This document shows, one piece after another, positions 33,726-42,440 of a DNA stretch of 51,344 bases. The stretch comes from a bacterium (GTDB lineage: Bacteria > Patescibacteriota > Minisyncoccia > UBA10092): assembly GCA_021790275.1 (NCBI GenBank), contig JAJYIB010000001.1:1-51344 (forward strand), written 5' to 3'. A program made the position numbers and the translations under genes. The notes under the pieces were generated by a model that saw only the letters and a program-made list of their open reading frames with translations, was not told the origin of the DNA and searched no databases. Position 1 is the stretch's first letter; the number at the start of each line of letters is the position of its first letter.

Positions 33726-34397
33726 TTATTCTTCCGATTTTTCTTTTTTGGCTTCCCGTTCTTTGACTTTTTCTTCGGTTTCGACTTTCACTTCTTCGAC
33801 TTTTTCTTCGACTTCGCCTTTAAGCGCTTCCAGTTCCGCTTCGGATCGCGGCTGGGCTACCGCCGCGACGGATGTGTCGGGATTTTCCAAAACCTCCACG
33901 CCTTCAGGCAATTTAATGTCTTTTACCAATATATTATCATCAAATGTCGCCAGAGGCGAAATATCGACTTCGATCCGATGAGGCAAATCGGCCGGCAAAG
34001 CCCGCACTTTTATTTCCTGCATCGCTTTGACGAGGATGCCGCCGAGATCACTTACGGCCGGCGAATCGCCAAAAAAAATCAGCGGCGTTTCGGCGGTAAT
34101 TTTTTCGTCCATTTTGACTTCGTAAAAATCGACATGATTGATATCGTCGGTTAAAGGGTTGCGGCCGATATCGTGAATCAAAACATTTTTCAAATTTTCG
34201 CCGTCGATGGACAATTTTATCAAAGTCGTTTCGCCGGCGGTTTTGAAAATCCTGCCGAATTCCTTCGCATCCAGCTCGATAGGCAAAGCGGCTTCCTTGC
34301 CGCCGTAAACGACCGCGGGAACAACGCCCCGCTTGCGCAGAGATTTAACTTTCTTTCCCAATAATTCTCTTTTTTTACTTTTCAGTTCCAAAGTCAT
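33726..34397 (-). CDS. rplY: 50S ribosomal protein L25/Ctc
   Basis: KKRELLGKKVKSLRKRGVVPAVVYG N-terminus and an acidic C-terminal tail. The start was moved to the internal ATG. Confidence 0.85.
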   Translation of the reverse strand: MTLELKSKKRELLGKKVKSLRKRGVVPAVVYGGKEAALPIELDAKEFGRIFKTAGETTLIKLSIDGENLKNVLIHDIGRNPLTDDINHVDFYEVKMDEKITAETPLIFFGDSPAVSDLGGILVKAMQEIKVRALPADLPHRIEVDISPLATFDDNILVKDIKLPEGVEVLENPDTSVAAVAQPRSEAELEALKGEVEEKVEEVKVETEEKVKEREAKKEKSEE

Positions 34398-34498
34398 TTT
34401 ATAAAAATTAAATTTTGTTGGAATTGCCGATAAAATCAAACAAATGCAATCGTATCAGATCCCGCCGATAAAATCAATAAATCACAAAATCACATCGC

Positions 34499-34657
34499 AA
34501 AAATAAAAGGCGCTGTCTCACGACAGTGCCTGTTCGTCCGTTTTTTCCGGCCAGGGTTGGAGCGGACAAACCCCCGATATGTGTTAGCGCGTCCCGCGCT
34601 ACAGTCAATGATTTTTCATTTCATTAACCTCCTTCTCTTTATTTAATGTATGAATCT
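34499..34657 (-). ncRNA. promoter- and terminator-delimited leader/sRNA upstream of rplY, with an SD-led mini-ORF
   Basis: Transcribed from the TTGACA-17-TAGAAT promoter. AAGGAGG precedes ATG AAA AAT CAT TGA (34619-34605). Hairpins UAGCGCG-GGA-CGCGCUA and GUUUGUCCG/CGGACGAAC, the latter with alternative pairing GGGGUU/AACCCU. Terminator GGCACUGUC-GUGA-GACAGCGCC plus a U-tract. Confidence 0.5.
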
Positions 34658-34663
34658 TCTTGC

Positions 34664-34692
34664 ATTCTAACAAAATACTTACTTTTTGTCAA
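34664..34692 (-). promoter_or_regulatory. sigma70-like promoter TTGACA-17nt-TAGAAT
   Basis: Minus strand TTGACA (34692-34687) and TAGAAT (34669-34664). Confidence 0.55.
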
Positions 34693-34738
34693 TAGCAAAA
34701 AAACAGCTTAAATAAGCCAAATTGATTTCGAAAGATTT

Positions 34739-34849
34739 TTAGAAAATTAGTCCGTGTTGATACAAAGAAATAATTTTTCCGATTAAAACTATAAGCGTCT
34801 CCCTTTCTTCCCGATTAAATCTAGAAAGAAGCTTTTCAAGATCTGGCAT
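34739..34849 (-). CDS. 36-aa ORF overlapping the antitoxin stop (possible degraded toxin remnant)
   Basis: The ATG overlaps the last codons of 34836-35084. Sequence is MPDLEKLLSRFNREERETLIVLIGKIISLYQHGLIF. Too short for a typical toxin. Confidence 0.2.
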   Translation of the reverse strand: MPDLEKLLSRFNREERETLIVLIGKIISLYQHGLIF

Positions 34850-35084
34850 TCAATTTGTGAAGTTGTTTTAAAATTTCTTTGGCGGATATGCCGTTCTTTT
34901 GAATTTTCGTAAAATCGACAACGGTCTCCCATTGATTTTCCAGATCAAGCGGAACGATTTTAAAAAGCAGTTTTGACTTTCGCGCAACAATAAAAGAATT
35001 TCCTTTTTTAACCTTGGAAATATACGCATCGATATTCTCGCGCAATTCTTTCAATCCCACGATTATGTTTCCCATACGATGCAA
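34836..35084 (-). CDS. Phd/YefM-like type II antitoxin
   Basis: 82 aa. IVGLKELRENIDAYISKVKKGNSFIVARKSKLLFKIVP resembles the Phd/YefM N-terminal fold. Confidence 0.5.
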   Translation of the reverse strand: MHRMGNIIVGLKELRENIDAYISKVKKGNSFIVARKSKLLFKIVPLDLENQWETVVDFTKIQKNGISAKEILKQLHKLNARS

Positions 35085-35116
35085 GTTTATCTTAAGTTAA
35101 ACTTTACGTCAACCCT

Positions 35117-35980
35117 CTATATTTTATTTATGCTTCCGAAAATTTTTAGTTTTTTTCCGATCACTTCTTCCATCGCGACAACGGTCGGATCGAGGATTTT
35201 ATAAGGCGTCGTTTCATCGGGCGATTCCGCCAGCGATTTTTTCAGCGCTTCGGTGAAAGCAATGCGGATCTCCGTGTTGATATGAACCATTGATATGCCG
35301 GCTTCGATGGCGCTCTTGAAATCCGCCTCCGAAAGCCCCGAGCCGCCGTGCAAAACAAGATAAATATTTTCCCCGACGGCTTTTTTGATATCGGCGATTC
35401 TCGCGGCGTCTATTTTTTCCTTGCTTTCGGTAACGATGCCGTGGATATTTCCCACCGCCGGCGCCAGCATATCGACGCCGGTTTCGGCGACAAACCGCGC
35501 CGCTTCTTCCGGCTTCGTCAAATCTTCCGATTTTATTTCAATAACTTTTTGTAATTTGGAATCGCCGCGCACATAACCCAATTCCCCCTCTACGATTATT
35601 TCGGAATTTTTCGATTTGGCGTATTCAACGCTTTGTTTCGTGAGCCGCAAATTTTCTTCAAACGGCAAAGCCGAAAAATCGGCCAATATCGCGTCATAAC
35701 CGGCATCGACGGCTTCTTTCACGCCTTCGAAAGTTTTGGTGTGATCGGCATTAAGCCAAAGCGGAATGCCGAATTCTTCGCGAAACGCTTTGACAAGAGC
35801 CGCGGCTTCTTTAACCCCGACGTGTTTCCTCTCGCCCTCCGACGTGCCGACAAAAATCGGCGTTTTCAAATCGGCGGCCGTTTCGACAATCGCTCTTATC
35901 GCTTCGATTTCCGAAAAATTAAAATGCCCCAACGCCCATTTTTCGTTCGAAGCGTTTTTTAAATAATTTTTTATTGTCAT
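35117..35980 (-). CDS. fba: class II fructose-bisphosphate aldolase
   Basis: LNADHTKTF and LVLHGGSGL motifs. The start was moved to the ATG at 35980. Confidence 0.85.
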   Translation of the reverse strand: MTIKNYLKNASNEKWALGHFNFSEIEAIRAIVETAADLKTPIFVGTSEGERKHVGVKEAAALVKAFREEFGIPLWLNADHTKTFEGVKEAVDAGYDAILADFSALPFEENLRLTKQSVEYAKSKNSEIIVEGELGYVRGDSKLQKVIEIKSEDLTKPEEAARFVAETGVDMLAPAVGNIHGIVTESKEKIDAARIADIKKAVGENIYLVLHGGSGLSEADFKSAIEAGISMVHINTEIRIAFTEALKKSLAESPDETTPYKILDPTVVAMEEVIGKKLKIFGSINKI

Positions 35981-36025
35981 AAAAATAATTCTCAATTATC
36001 AATTTACAATTTTTGTTGTTGCATT

Positions 36026-36056
36026 CAAATTCTAAATTCTAAATTTTAAATTCTAA
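36026..36056 (-). promoter_or_regulatory. AT-rich tandem TAGAAT promoter-like motif upstream of fba
   Basis: The minus strand contains AAAATTTAGAATTTAGAATTT, identical to the 21-mer upstream of dnaB. Confidence 0.4.
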
Positions 36057-36084
36057 TTGAATGATTCGATTTTAAATTTAAAAT

Positions 36085-37083
36085 TTATCCGATCACTGCC
36101 GGCTTGTAATCGGCCGGCGCTTTCGCCAGATAATCTTCCAATTCTTTCCGCGTCAACAAGCCGGCTTGCGCGCCGATTTTTTGGACGACGGACATCGGAT
36201 TTATCGGCGCCCACATCATCGCTTCGCGCACGGATTTGCCCAAAGCGATCGCCGAAGTGAAAGTGGACGAAAAAGCGTCGCCGGCGCCGGTGCGCTGAAG
36301 CGGCGGTTTCGGATCGGGATACGGTTTGATAAAAAGAATTTCTTTTCCGTCAAAAGAATAAGCGCCGTTTATGCCGTCGGTAATCACAACGATTTTCGGA
36401 CCCAAAGCCGCTATGGATTTCAAAAGCTTCGCGATATCGTGTTCGTCGTTTTCCAAAATTCTCTGCGCTTCGTCTTTGTTGCAAAAAAACAAATCGCTTC
36501 TTTTATAAATTCCCGCGAGCGCTTTGCGACCGAACGCCATTTGAAAAGTCCCCGGCTGGAAAGCCAGTTTTATTTCATCGTGTTCGGAAAAATATTTTTC
36601 GAGTTCGTTATGGAAAGCGAGCGAATTCGGACCGAGCGATGAAAGATAAACCCACTTCGGACTGTCGAAATCGTAAAGTTTGTAATCATAACTTTCATGT
36701 TTGACCAGAATCGTCCGATCGTCTTTGTACCACAAAACGTAATGATGGTTTGTTTTTTTGAATTTGCTTATCGACACAAATTGCGTCTGAACATTTTCCG
36801 CCTGCAATGATTTGATGCTATCCAACCCCATCGCATCGTCGCCCAAATTCGTCATCAGCGCGCTTTTTAATCCGAGCCGCGAAGCCGCGACGGCCGCGTT
36901 GGCGCTGTTGCCGACGGCCGGAATATCGACCGCTTCTTCATAAGGAACTTTGTCGGGAAAATTAAGGCAAAGATGACAATGTTCGCCGTCTTCGCAATGC
37001 GTGGTCGCTTTTTCCATTCCCAAACGGATAAAAGTGTCGACCGTTATGTCCCCTATTCCCAAAAAATCATAATTATATTTCAT
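36085..37083 (-). CDS. PfkB-family carbohydrate kinase
   Basis: Ribokinase-like fold motifs: N-terminal GIGDITVD and C-terminal GAGDAF. Confidence 0.8.
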   Translation of the reverse strand: MKYNYDFLGIGDITVDTFIRLGMEKATTHCEDGEHCHLCLNFPDKVPYEEAVDIPAVGNSANAAVAASRLGLKSALMTNLGDDAMGLDSIKSLQAENVQTQFVSISKFKKTNHHYVLWYKDDRTILVKHESYDYKLYDFDSPKWVYLSSLGPNSLAFHNELEKYFSEHDEIKLAFQPGTFQMAFGRKALAGIYKRSDLFFCNKDEAQRILENDEHDIAKLLKSIAALGPKIVVITDGINGAYSFDGKEILFIKPYPDPKPPLQRTGAGDAFSSTFTSAIALGKSVREAMMWAPINPMSVVQKIGAQAGLLTRKELEDYLAKAPADYKPAVIG

Positions 37084-38069
37084 TATTTTCTCCCGATAAC
37101 TTTTTTAACCGCTTTTTTTATATCTTCGACGCCCATTCCGAAAGCGTTGATAAGCTCGTCGGGATCGCCGGATTCGCCGAAGCGATCGTGAACGCCGATA
37201 AATTCCTGCGGAACGGGAAAATTTTGCGACAGCATTTCGGCGATGGCCGAACCCAGTCCTCCGGCGATTTGATGCTCTTCGACGGAAACTATCGCTTTCG
37301 TTTTTTTGACGGAATTGATAATCGTTTCGTTATCAAGCGGTTTTATCGTGTGGCTGTTTATCACTTCCGCTTCGATTCCTTCTTCCGACAATTCTTCGGC
37401 GGCGACAAGCGCATTGTGCAAAACCGCGCCGCAACCGGCTATCGTCGCGTCTTTTCCTTCCCTAAAAACTTCCGCTTTGCCGATTTCGAAAGGCGTTTTT
37501 TCGGTGGTGAAAATCGGCGTCTTGGAACGGCCAAAACGCAGATAAGTCGGCCCGACACAGCAAAATGCCGCGGCGGTAGTCGCTTTGCGCGCCTCGACGG
37601 CGTCGCAAGGAACAATAACGGTCATATTCGGCTGAACGCGCATCAGAGCGATATCTTCGAGCGCCTGGTGAGTGGCGCCGTCCGGACCGACCGAAACGCC
37701 GGCGTGCGCGCCGCAGATTTTTACCGGCAAAATGTTCAAACTTATCGTTGTCCGTATCTGCTCGTTATTGCGGCCCGGACTGAAAACCGCATAAGAAGAC
37801 ATAAAAGGAATTTTGCCGTAATTCGCCAGTCCCGCCGCCACCGTCGCCATATTCTGTTCCGCGACGCCCAGTTCGATAAAGCGGTCGGGAAATTTTTCTT
37901 TAAACCAATGCGAGCGGGTCGATTCGGCCAGATCGGCGCAAAGAACGACAATGCGCCCGTCTTTTTCTCCGGCATCGACCAATCCTTTGCCATAGCCGTC
38001 GCGCGTCGGCGCTTTTTCTATTTTCGGATCTTTTAAATTTTTTATTAAATACGCTTTTTCGTTTGTCAT
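37083..38069 (-). CDS. transketolase, C-terminal (pyrimidine-binding) subunit
   Basis: TRDGYGKGL and ELGVAEQNM motifs. The start was moved to the ATG at 38069. Confidence 0.85.
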   Translation of the reverse strand: MTNEKAYLIKNLKDPKIEKAPTRDGYGKGLVDAGEKDGRIVVLCADLAESTRSHWFKEKFPDRFIELGVAEQNMATVAAGLANYGKIPFMSSYAVFSPGRNNEQIRTTISLNILPVKICGAHAGVSVGPDGATHQALEDIALMRVQPNMTVIVPCDAVEARKATTAAAFCCVGPTYLRFGRSKTPIFTTEKTPFEIGKAEVFREGKDATIAGCGAVLHNALVAAEELSEEGIEAEVINSHTIKPLDNETIINSVKKTKAIVSVEEHQIAGGLGSAIAEMLSQNFPVPQEFIGVHDRFGESGDPDELINAFGMGVEDIKKAVKKVIGRK

Positions 38070-38136
38070 TTTATTTTTTGCTTGCCGCTGTGCGCGCCGC
38101 CGCATTGCGGCGGCGCGCAAAGGCGCAAACATCAAA

Positions 38137-38430
38137 TCAATGCATATCGCCGTGATCGCCGCCGTGATTATGCACCATATCATCATGACAGCGATGCGCT
38201 TCGTGATTCATTTCGTGGCATCGGCAAAATCTGCCGGTAAAAGCCAAAAAACCGAACACGACGAGCGCTTCGAAATAATAGCCCGGCCCGAAACCCCAAA
38301 CCGGCGCCATTTTCCAGCTCGTCCAGAAAAACAAAACGGCCGAAATCCACATCAAAACCGCCAAAATTTTTTCGACGATGTGATGCGAACATCCGCACCA
38401 TCCCGTTTTATTGTCGCATTTTTCGCACAT
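38137..38430 (-). CDS. Cys/His-rich two-TM membrane protein, hypothetical
   Basis: MCEKCDNKTGWCGCSHH...two TM helices...CRCHEMNHEAHRCHDDMVHNHGGDHGDMH. Located between the two transketolase subunit genes. Confidence 0.45.
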   Translation of the reverse strand: MCEKCDNKTGWCGCSHHIVEKILAVLMWISAVLFFWTSWKMAPVWGFGPGYYFEALVVFGFLAFTGRFCRCHEMNHEAHRCHDDMVHNHGGDHGDMH

Positions 38431-38457
38431 TTGTTTTTATTTTAATTATAATTTTCA

Positions 38458-39321
38458 TCATTCATGTTCGCTTTCGATTTTGCCGCCCAAGGTCCGCAAT
38501 TCTTTCAAAAATCGCGCGCCTTCTTCCGGAGTCGGCGGCTTGCCGTGCCAATCGTAATCGAATTCTATCTCCGGAATCCCCTTGCCCGGTATCGTATGGG
38601 CGATGATCAGCGTCGGCTTTTCGAAAATCGCTTTGGCTTCTTCGACCGCATCGACGAATTCTTCGATATTATGACCGTCGACATCGATAACGTGCCAGTT
38701 GAACGCTTCGTATTTGGCGCGCAGCGGTTCGAGCGGCATCACATTTTCGGTAAAGCCGTCGATCTGGATATTGTTGCGATCGATGACGGCTGTCAGATTG
38801 TGAAGCTTGTTTTTCCCGACGAACATCGCCGATTCCCAAGTATTCCCCGCTTCATGTTCGCCGTCGGACATCGCGCAGTAGACACGGAATTTCTTGCCGT
38901 CCATCTTTGCCCCGTAAGCGATGCCGGCCGCCTGTCCCAAACCCGAGCCCAGCGGGCCGGAAGTCGTTTCGACTCCAGGCAGGGCCGTTCTTTCGGGATG
39001 CCCCTGTAAACGCGAACCGAATTTTCTCAAAGTTTTTAATTCCTCGACAGGGAAATAGCCGGCGTATGCCATCGCCGCGTAACGAACGGGGCAAATATGG
39101 CCGTTCGACAATATCAGCCGATCGCGATCCGGCCAATTCGGATTTTTCGGATCGTGATTCAATATATGAAAATAAAAAGCGGTAAAAATATCGGCCATTC
39201 CCAAAGGTCCCGCGGTGTGCCCCGATCCCGCCGCCACCAATTCTTCGATAACCGATTGGCGGATTTTATTAGCCAGAATTTCCAGCTCTTTTACTTTTTC
39301 GCTTCGTATATATTCGGACAT
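38458..39321 (-). CDS. transketolase, N-terminal (TPP-binding) subunit
   Basis: GSGHTAGPLGMADI and SDGEHEAGNTWE motifs. Confidence 0.88.
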   Translation of the reverse strand: MSEYIRSEKVKELEILANKIRQSVIEELVAAGSGHTAGPLGMADIFTAFYFHILNHDPKNPNWPDRDRLILSNGHICPVRYAAMAYAGYFPVEELKTLRKFGSRLQGHPERTALPGVETTSGPLGSGLGQAAGIAYGAKMDGKKFRVYCAMSDGEHEAGNTWESAMFVGKNKLHNLTAVIDRNNIQIDGFTENVMPLEPLRAKYEAFNWHVIDVDGHNIEEFVDAVEEAKAIFEKPTLIIAHTIPGKGIPEIEFDYDWHGKPPTPEEGARFLKELRTLGGKIESEHE

Positions 39322-39330
39322 TTCAACGAA

Positions 39331-39996
39331 TCAAACAATTTTATTTTTTAATTCCGCGATGGCCGCGCCGATGTCGGAAGATTTTAAAATTCCCGAACCG
39401 ACGACAAAATAATCGGCGCCGGCGTTTTTCAATTCGATGATATTTGAAACATTCACGCCGCCGTCTATTTCGATTTTAACATCGGGTATGTCGCGGCGCA
39501 ATGACCGGATTTTCCCCAGAACTTCCGGAATTAATTTTTGGCCGCCGCGTCCCGGATGAACGCCCAAATAAACGATCGTATCGACGGCGCCGATCCACGG
39601 TTCGACCATCGCATTCGGCGTTTCCGGATTGAGCGCCAGACCGATTTGAACTTCATTTTCGCGGCAGACGTCCAAAATTTCCTCCATATTTTCAACCGCT
39701 TCTATGTGAACGATTATCCTTTGCGGTTTTAGCCGCGCCCATTCGCCGACAGTTTCTTCCGGCCGGCTTATCATTAAATGAAATTCGACATTGCCGCGCT
39801 CGGTGAAATATTTCAAATCTTCCGGATTGACAACGGTTTTTTCCGGCACGAATACGCCGTCGGTGATATCGATTTGCATCCAGCCGCCGAATTCGCCCAA
39901 AAACGGCCGAAGTTTTTCAAACTCGGATTTTAATTCTTCGAAATCGTTGCTATGATTATCGTCGGAAATTATTAAAGCGGGAATTATTGCGGACAT
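39331..39996 (-). CDS. rpe: ribulose-phosphate 3-epimerase (divergent)
   Basis: IDITDGVFVP, HLM, NPETP, VHPGRGGQ and IEIDGGV motifs in Rpe order. Confidence 0.7.
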   Translation of the reverse strand: MSAIIPALIISDDNHSNDFEELKSEFEKLRPFLGEFGGWMQIDITDGVFVPEKTVVNPEDLKYFTERGNVEFHLMISRPEETVGEWARLKPQRIIVHIEAVENMEEILDVCRENEVQIGLALNPETPNAMVEPWIGAVDTIVYLGVHPGRGGQKLIPEVLGKIRSLRRDIPDVKIEIDGGVNVSNIIELKNAGADYFVVGSGILKSSDIGAAIAELKNKIV

Positions 39997-40002
39997 AATA
40001 GC

Positions 40003-40788
40003 TTATTTATTATTAAATCTTTGAAAATAGTTATCAATTTCGCCTCTCAATTCAATACCGACTCTTTCGAAGCAATCAAGCAAATCTTTGTAGGTATTTT
40101 TACCGCCAAGGAAATCCCAGAATTCGTCTGCCACCTTGAGTTCATTATCCAAATCTAACATTCCTCGCATTGTCCATCGTGTGTACGGTTCCGGTTCGTA
40201 TGGATTATATGGAATTGCTATAAAAGTGTTTATTTGAGCATCTGGCTTATTGGCTAAAATAACAGCCGCCCATTCAAGCAGTGTTCTTTTAAATTCTTTG
40301 AAACCGCCGGCGTTTGGCTTGGCGGTTTTAATATCAAACAAGAAATATGCGCCATCTTGCGATTCAAACATTAAATCCACTTTTGTCGGCTTAACTTTTA
40401 TCATTTTACCGGTTTGGCATACTTTTCTTATTCTCTCGATCTCTTCTTTTTTATCCGGTGAAATTGTCGCCGTAGTAAGACCATCTATAATTTTTTGAAT
40501 TTCCACCTGCGCTCCGGCACTAATATGATGATCTCCGGCAGTTGCCTGTGAAGTAGCCATTTTAAAGCTTTTTTGTGCTAAGGCGAGTCCAACCGGCTCA
40601 AAAATACTTGTACCGAAATTTGTATTTAATGAATGTATGAAGGAATACAAAGCAAGTCTGTCTTTACCCAATAAACGAGTGTGGAACGGCATGGATGCCG
40701 GCTCTGGTTTGTAGTTCTGAAATTTATTACGCAAACTTGCTTTTAATACATCCTCAACATTTTTTATTTGTTCTTTTGATAGTGCCAT
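40003..40788 (-). CDS. type II restriction endonuclease, TdeIII-like
   Basis: As I recall, MPFHTRLLGKDRLALYSFIHSLNTNFGTSIFEP matches the TdeIII-family signature. AT-rich and adjacent to a methyltransferase. Confidence 0.55.
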   Translation of the reverse strand: MALSKEQIKNVEDVLKASLRNKFQNYKPEPASMPFHTRLLGKDRLALYSFIHSLNTNFGTSIFEPVGLALAQKSFKMATSQATAGDHHISAGAQVEIQKIIDGLTTATISPDKKEEIERIRKVCQTGKMIKVKPTKVDLMFESQDGAYFLFDIKTAKPNAGGFKEFKRTLLEWAAVILANKPDAQINTFIAIPYNPYEPEPYTRWTMRGMLDLDNELKVADEFWDFLGGKNTYKDLLDCFERVGIELRGEIDNYFQRFNNK

Positions 40789-40793
40789 AAAAA

Positions 40794-42368
40794 TTATTTT
40801 AATTTAAAATGAAAAATTATTTCTGAATAGGGATTTCTATCCCGTTCTGTGCGATTCAAAACAGGTCTTTTAAATCGATTTACAATCTTCATTCCGGATT
40901 TTTCGGCGATTTCAGGATAAAGATTGTATTTATCGTTTGCCACAAGGAAAACGTCGAAATCATCCTTGAGATATTGTTTGCAATTATTTAATACATCCGC
41001 GATACCTTGCGCATATGATTTACGCGCGCCTAATCCTTGGCCCTTATAAAGAGGACCTATTTCCAAATCATCCTTACGTTTGAATCCAAACAAATCATAA
41101 GCATAGGCATGTTGTTCGTGATAATCAATTTGTCCAACATACGGCGGCGAACAGAAAATACCGGATATTTTTTGCTTCTGTAGAATTTTGGCTAATTCCG
41201 GATTTTGTTTTTCTACCTTTTCAAAAATGTTTACCGTTCTTGAATCGCCGGTGATGACGGAGTAGTGAACGGGTTTACGCAGTTTATCGAATTCCCTAAC
41301 GCGATTTAACGTATCAAACGCGTAACGATTTAGCATCGTTTTAATAGAAAAAAGCGGTTTGCAAATTTTCTTGTGTTTATAGCAATAGTAGGTAGTAAGT
41401 TGCGGTTCCTTAAGGGTAGCCAAATCGCTATGTGTCGTGGCGCGGCAAGATCTTATAGTACGACTCAAAATAAGAGCAAGAATCTTGCGGGTTTTTACAT
41501 CTTTCTCTTGCTTAATCGTTTGAAAGACGCGATTTATCTCTCGGCGCGCATTATCAACAAACCAAATATCGAGGAATGAGTTTAATTTATCCTGTTTTAT
41601 CTTGATTGAGTATTTTTTTAGTAATTTCTGATAGATCGGCAAGAACTCGCGTTCTTTTTCGGTAGAAAATTTCTTTTCGTCAAAATTTCCTTGATTTATT
41701 TTGTACTTAAAATCATGGCATGAGAAATGTATATTATTATATTTGGTCAGCTCCGCCAAAAGCTCATTTTCAAATTCCTGAATTTTCTTATTATGCCCAA
41801 ATGTTTCGAGTGAAGCTAACATTTTTTTAATCGCTTTTTGCAGATACTCGTTGTCATAGCGCGTTGCCTTGCAACTTGCCATCATACAATTAAACTCGGA
41901 TACGTCTATACCCACAGAATGAATGCCCGATTCCAATGCTTGAATAAGCGTTGTCCCTGAACCTAAAAATGGATCAAGAATAATATCTCCGTCTTTGAAA
42001 TAAACGTCTTTTTTAAAATCATCCGTATGCGCATCTATAAAATACTCAACTAGTTGAGGAATATATTTCCCTTTGTAAGGATGCAGTCGATGCACATGTT
42101 TGGTAGTATCTTTCTCGCGCAGGTTATCGAAGGAAAGCGCCCAATTTAAGTCGTTGCCAAGATTTTTTTTCCAATCGATTTCGCGTTTTCCGTTGTAAGA
42201 TTCATAGTATTTTTTTAAATCGCCCAAATCGATCAACGTTGAGCCGTTTGCGCCATGCTTTTTAACTTTACCGTATTGAATTAAATAAGAAATATTTGTC
42301 GGCGACACATCTTTTTCGAGATAATCGGTTGCCCACTTTGATGCTTCCGGTATGGATACTAAAAACAT
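40794..42368 (-). CDS. DNA methyltransferase (N6-A/N4-C type)
   Basis: SAM motif LDPFLGSGTT and catalytic SPPY (FCSPPYVGQIDY). 524 aa and AT-rich. Confidence 0.8.
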   Translation of the reverse strand: MFLVSIPEASKWATDYLEKDVSPTNISYLIQYGKVKKHGANGSTLIDLGDLKKYYESYNGKREIDWKKNLGNDLNWALSFDNLREKDTTKHVHRLHPYKGKYIPQLVEYFIDAHTDDFKKDVYFKDGDIILDPFLGSGTTLIQALESGIHSVGIDVSEFNCMMASCKATRYDNEYLQKAIKKMLASLETFGHNKKIQEFENELLAELTKYNNIHFSCHDFKYKINQGNFDEKKFSTEKEREFLPIYQKLLKKYSIKIKQDKLNSFLDIWFVDNARREINRVFQTIKQEKDVKTRKILALILSRTIRSCRATTHSDLATLKEPQLTTYYCYKHKKICKPLFSIKTMLNRYAFDTLNRVREFDKLRKPVHYSVITGDSRTVNIFEKVEKQNPELAKILQKQKISGIFCSPPYVGQIDYHEQHAYAYDLFGFKRKDDLEIGPLYKGQGLGARKSYAQGIADVLNNCKQYLKDDFDVFLVANDKYNLYPEIAEKSGMKIVNRFKRPVLNRTERDRNPYSEIIFHFKLK

Positions 42369-42440
42369 AAAATTATTTTGTCGTTTATGAAAATTTTTTC
42401 TTAAAAACGAGACATTGAATTCTTTAATAAAAATGGAGCG

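Noticed and set aside
34499-34657. SRP (4.5S) RNA.
   Set aside because: I found no GGAA-tetraloop/AGCA asymmetric-loop helix-8 signature. The SD-led mini-ORF and terminator fit a leader or sRNA better.
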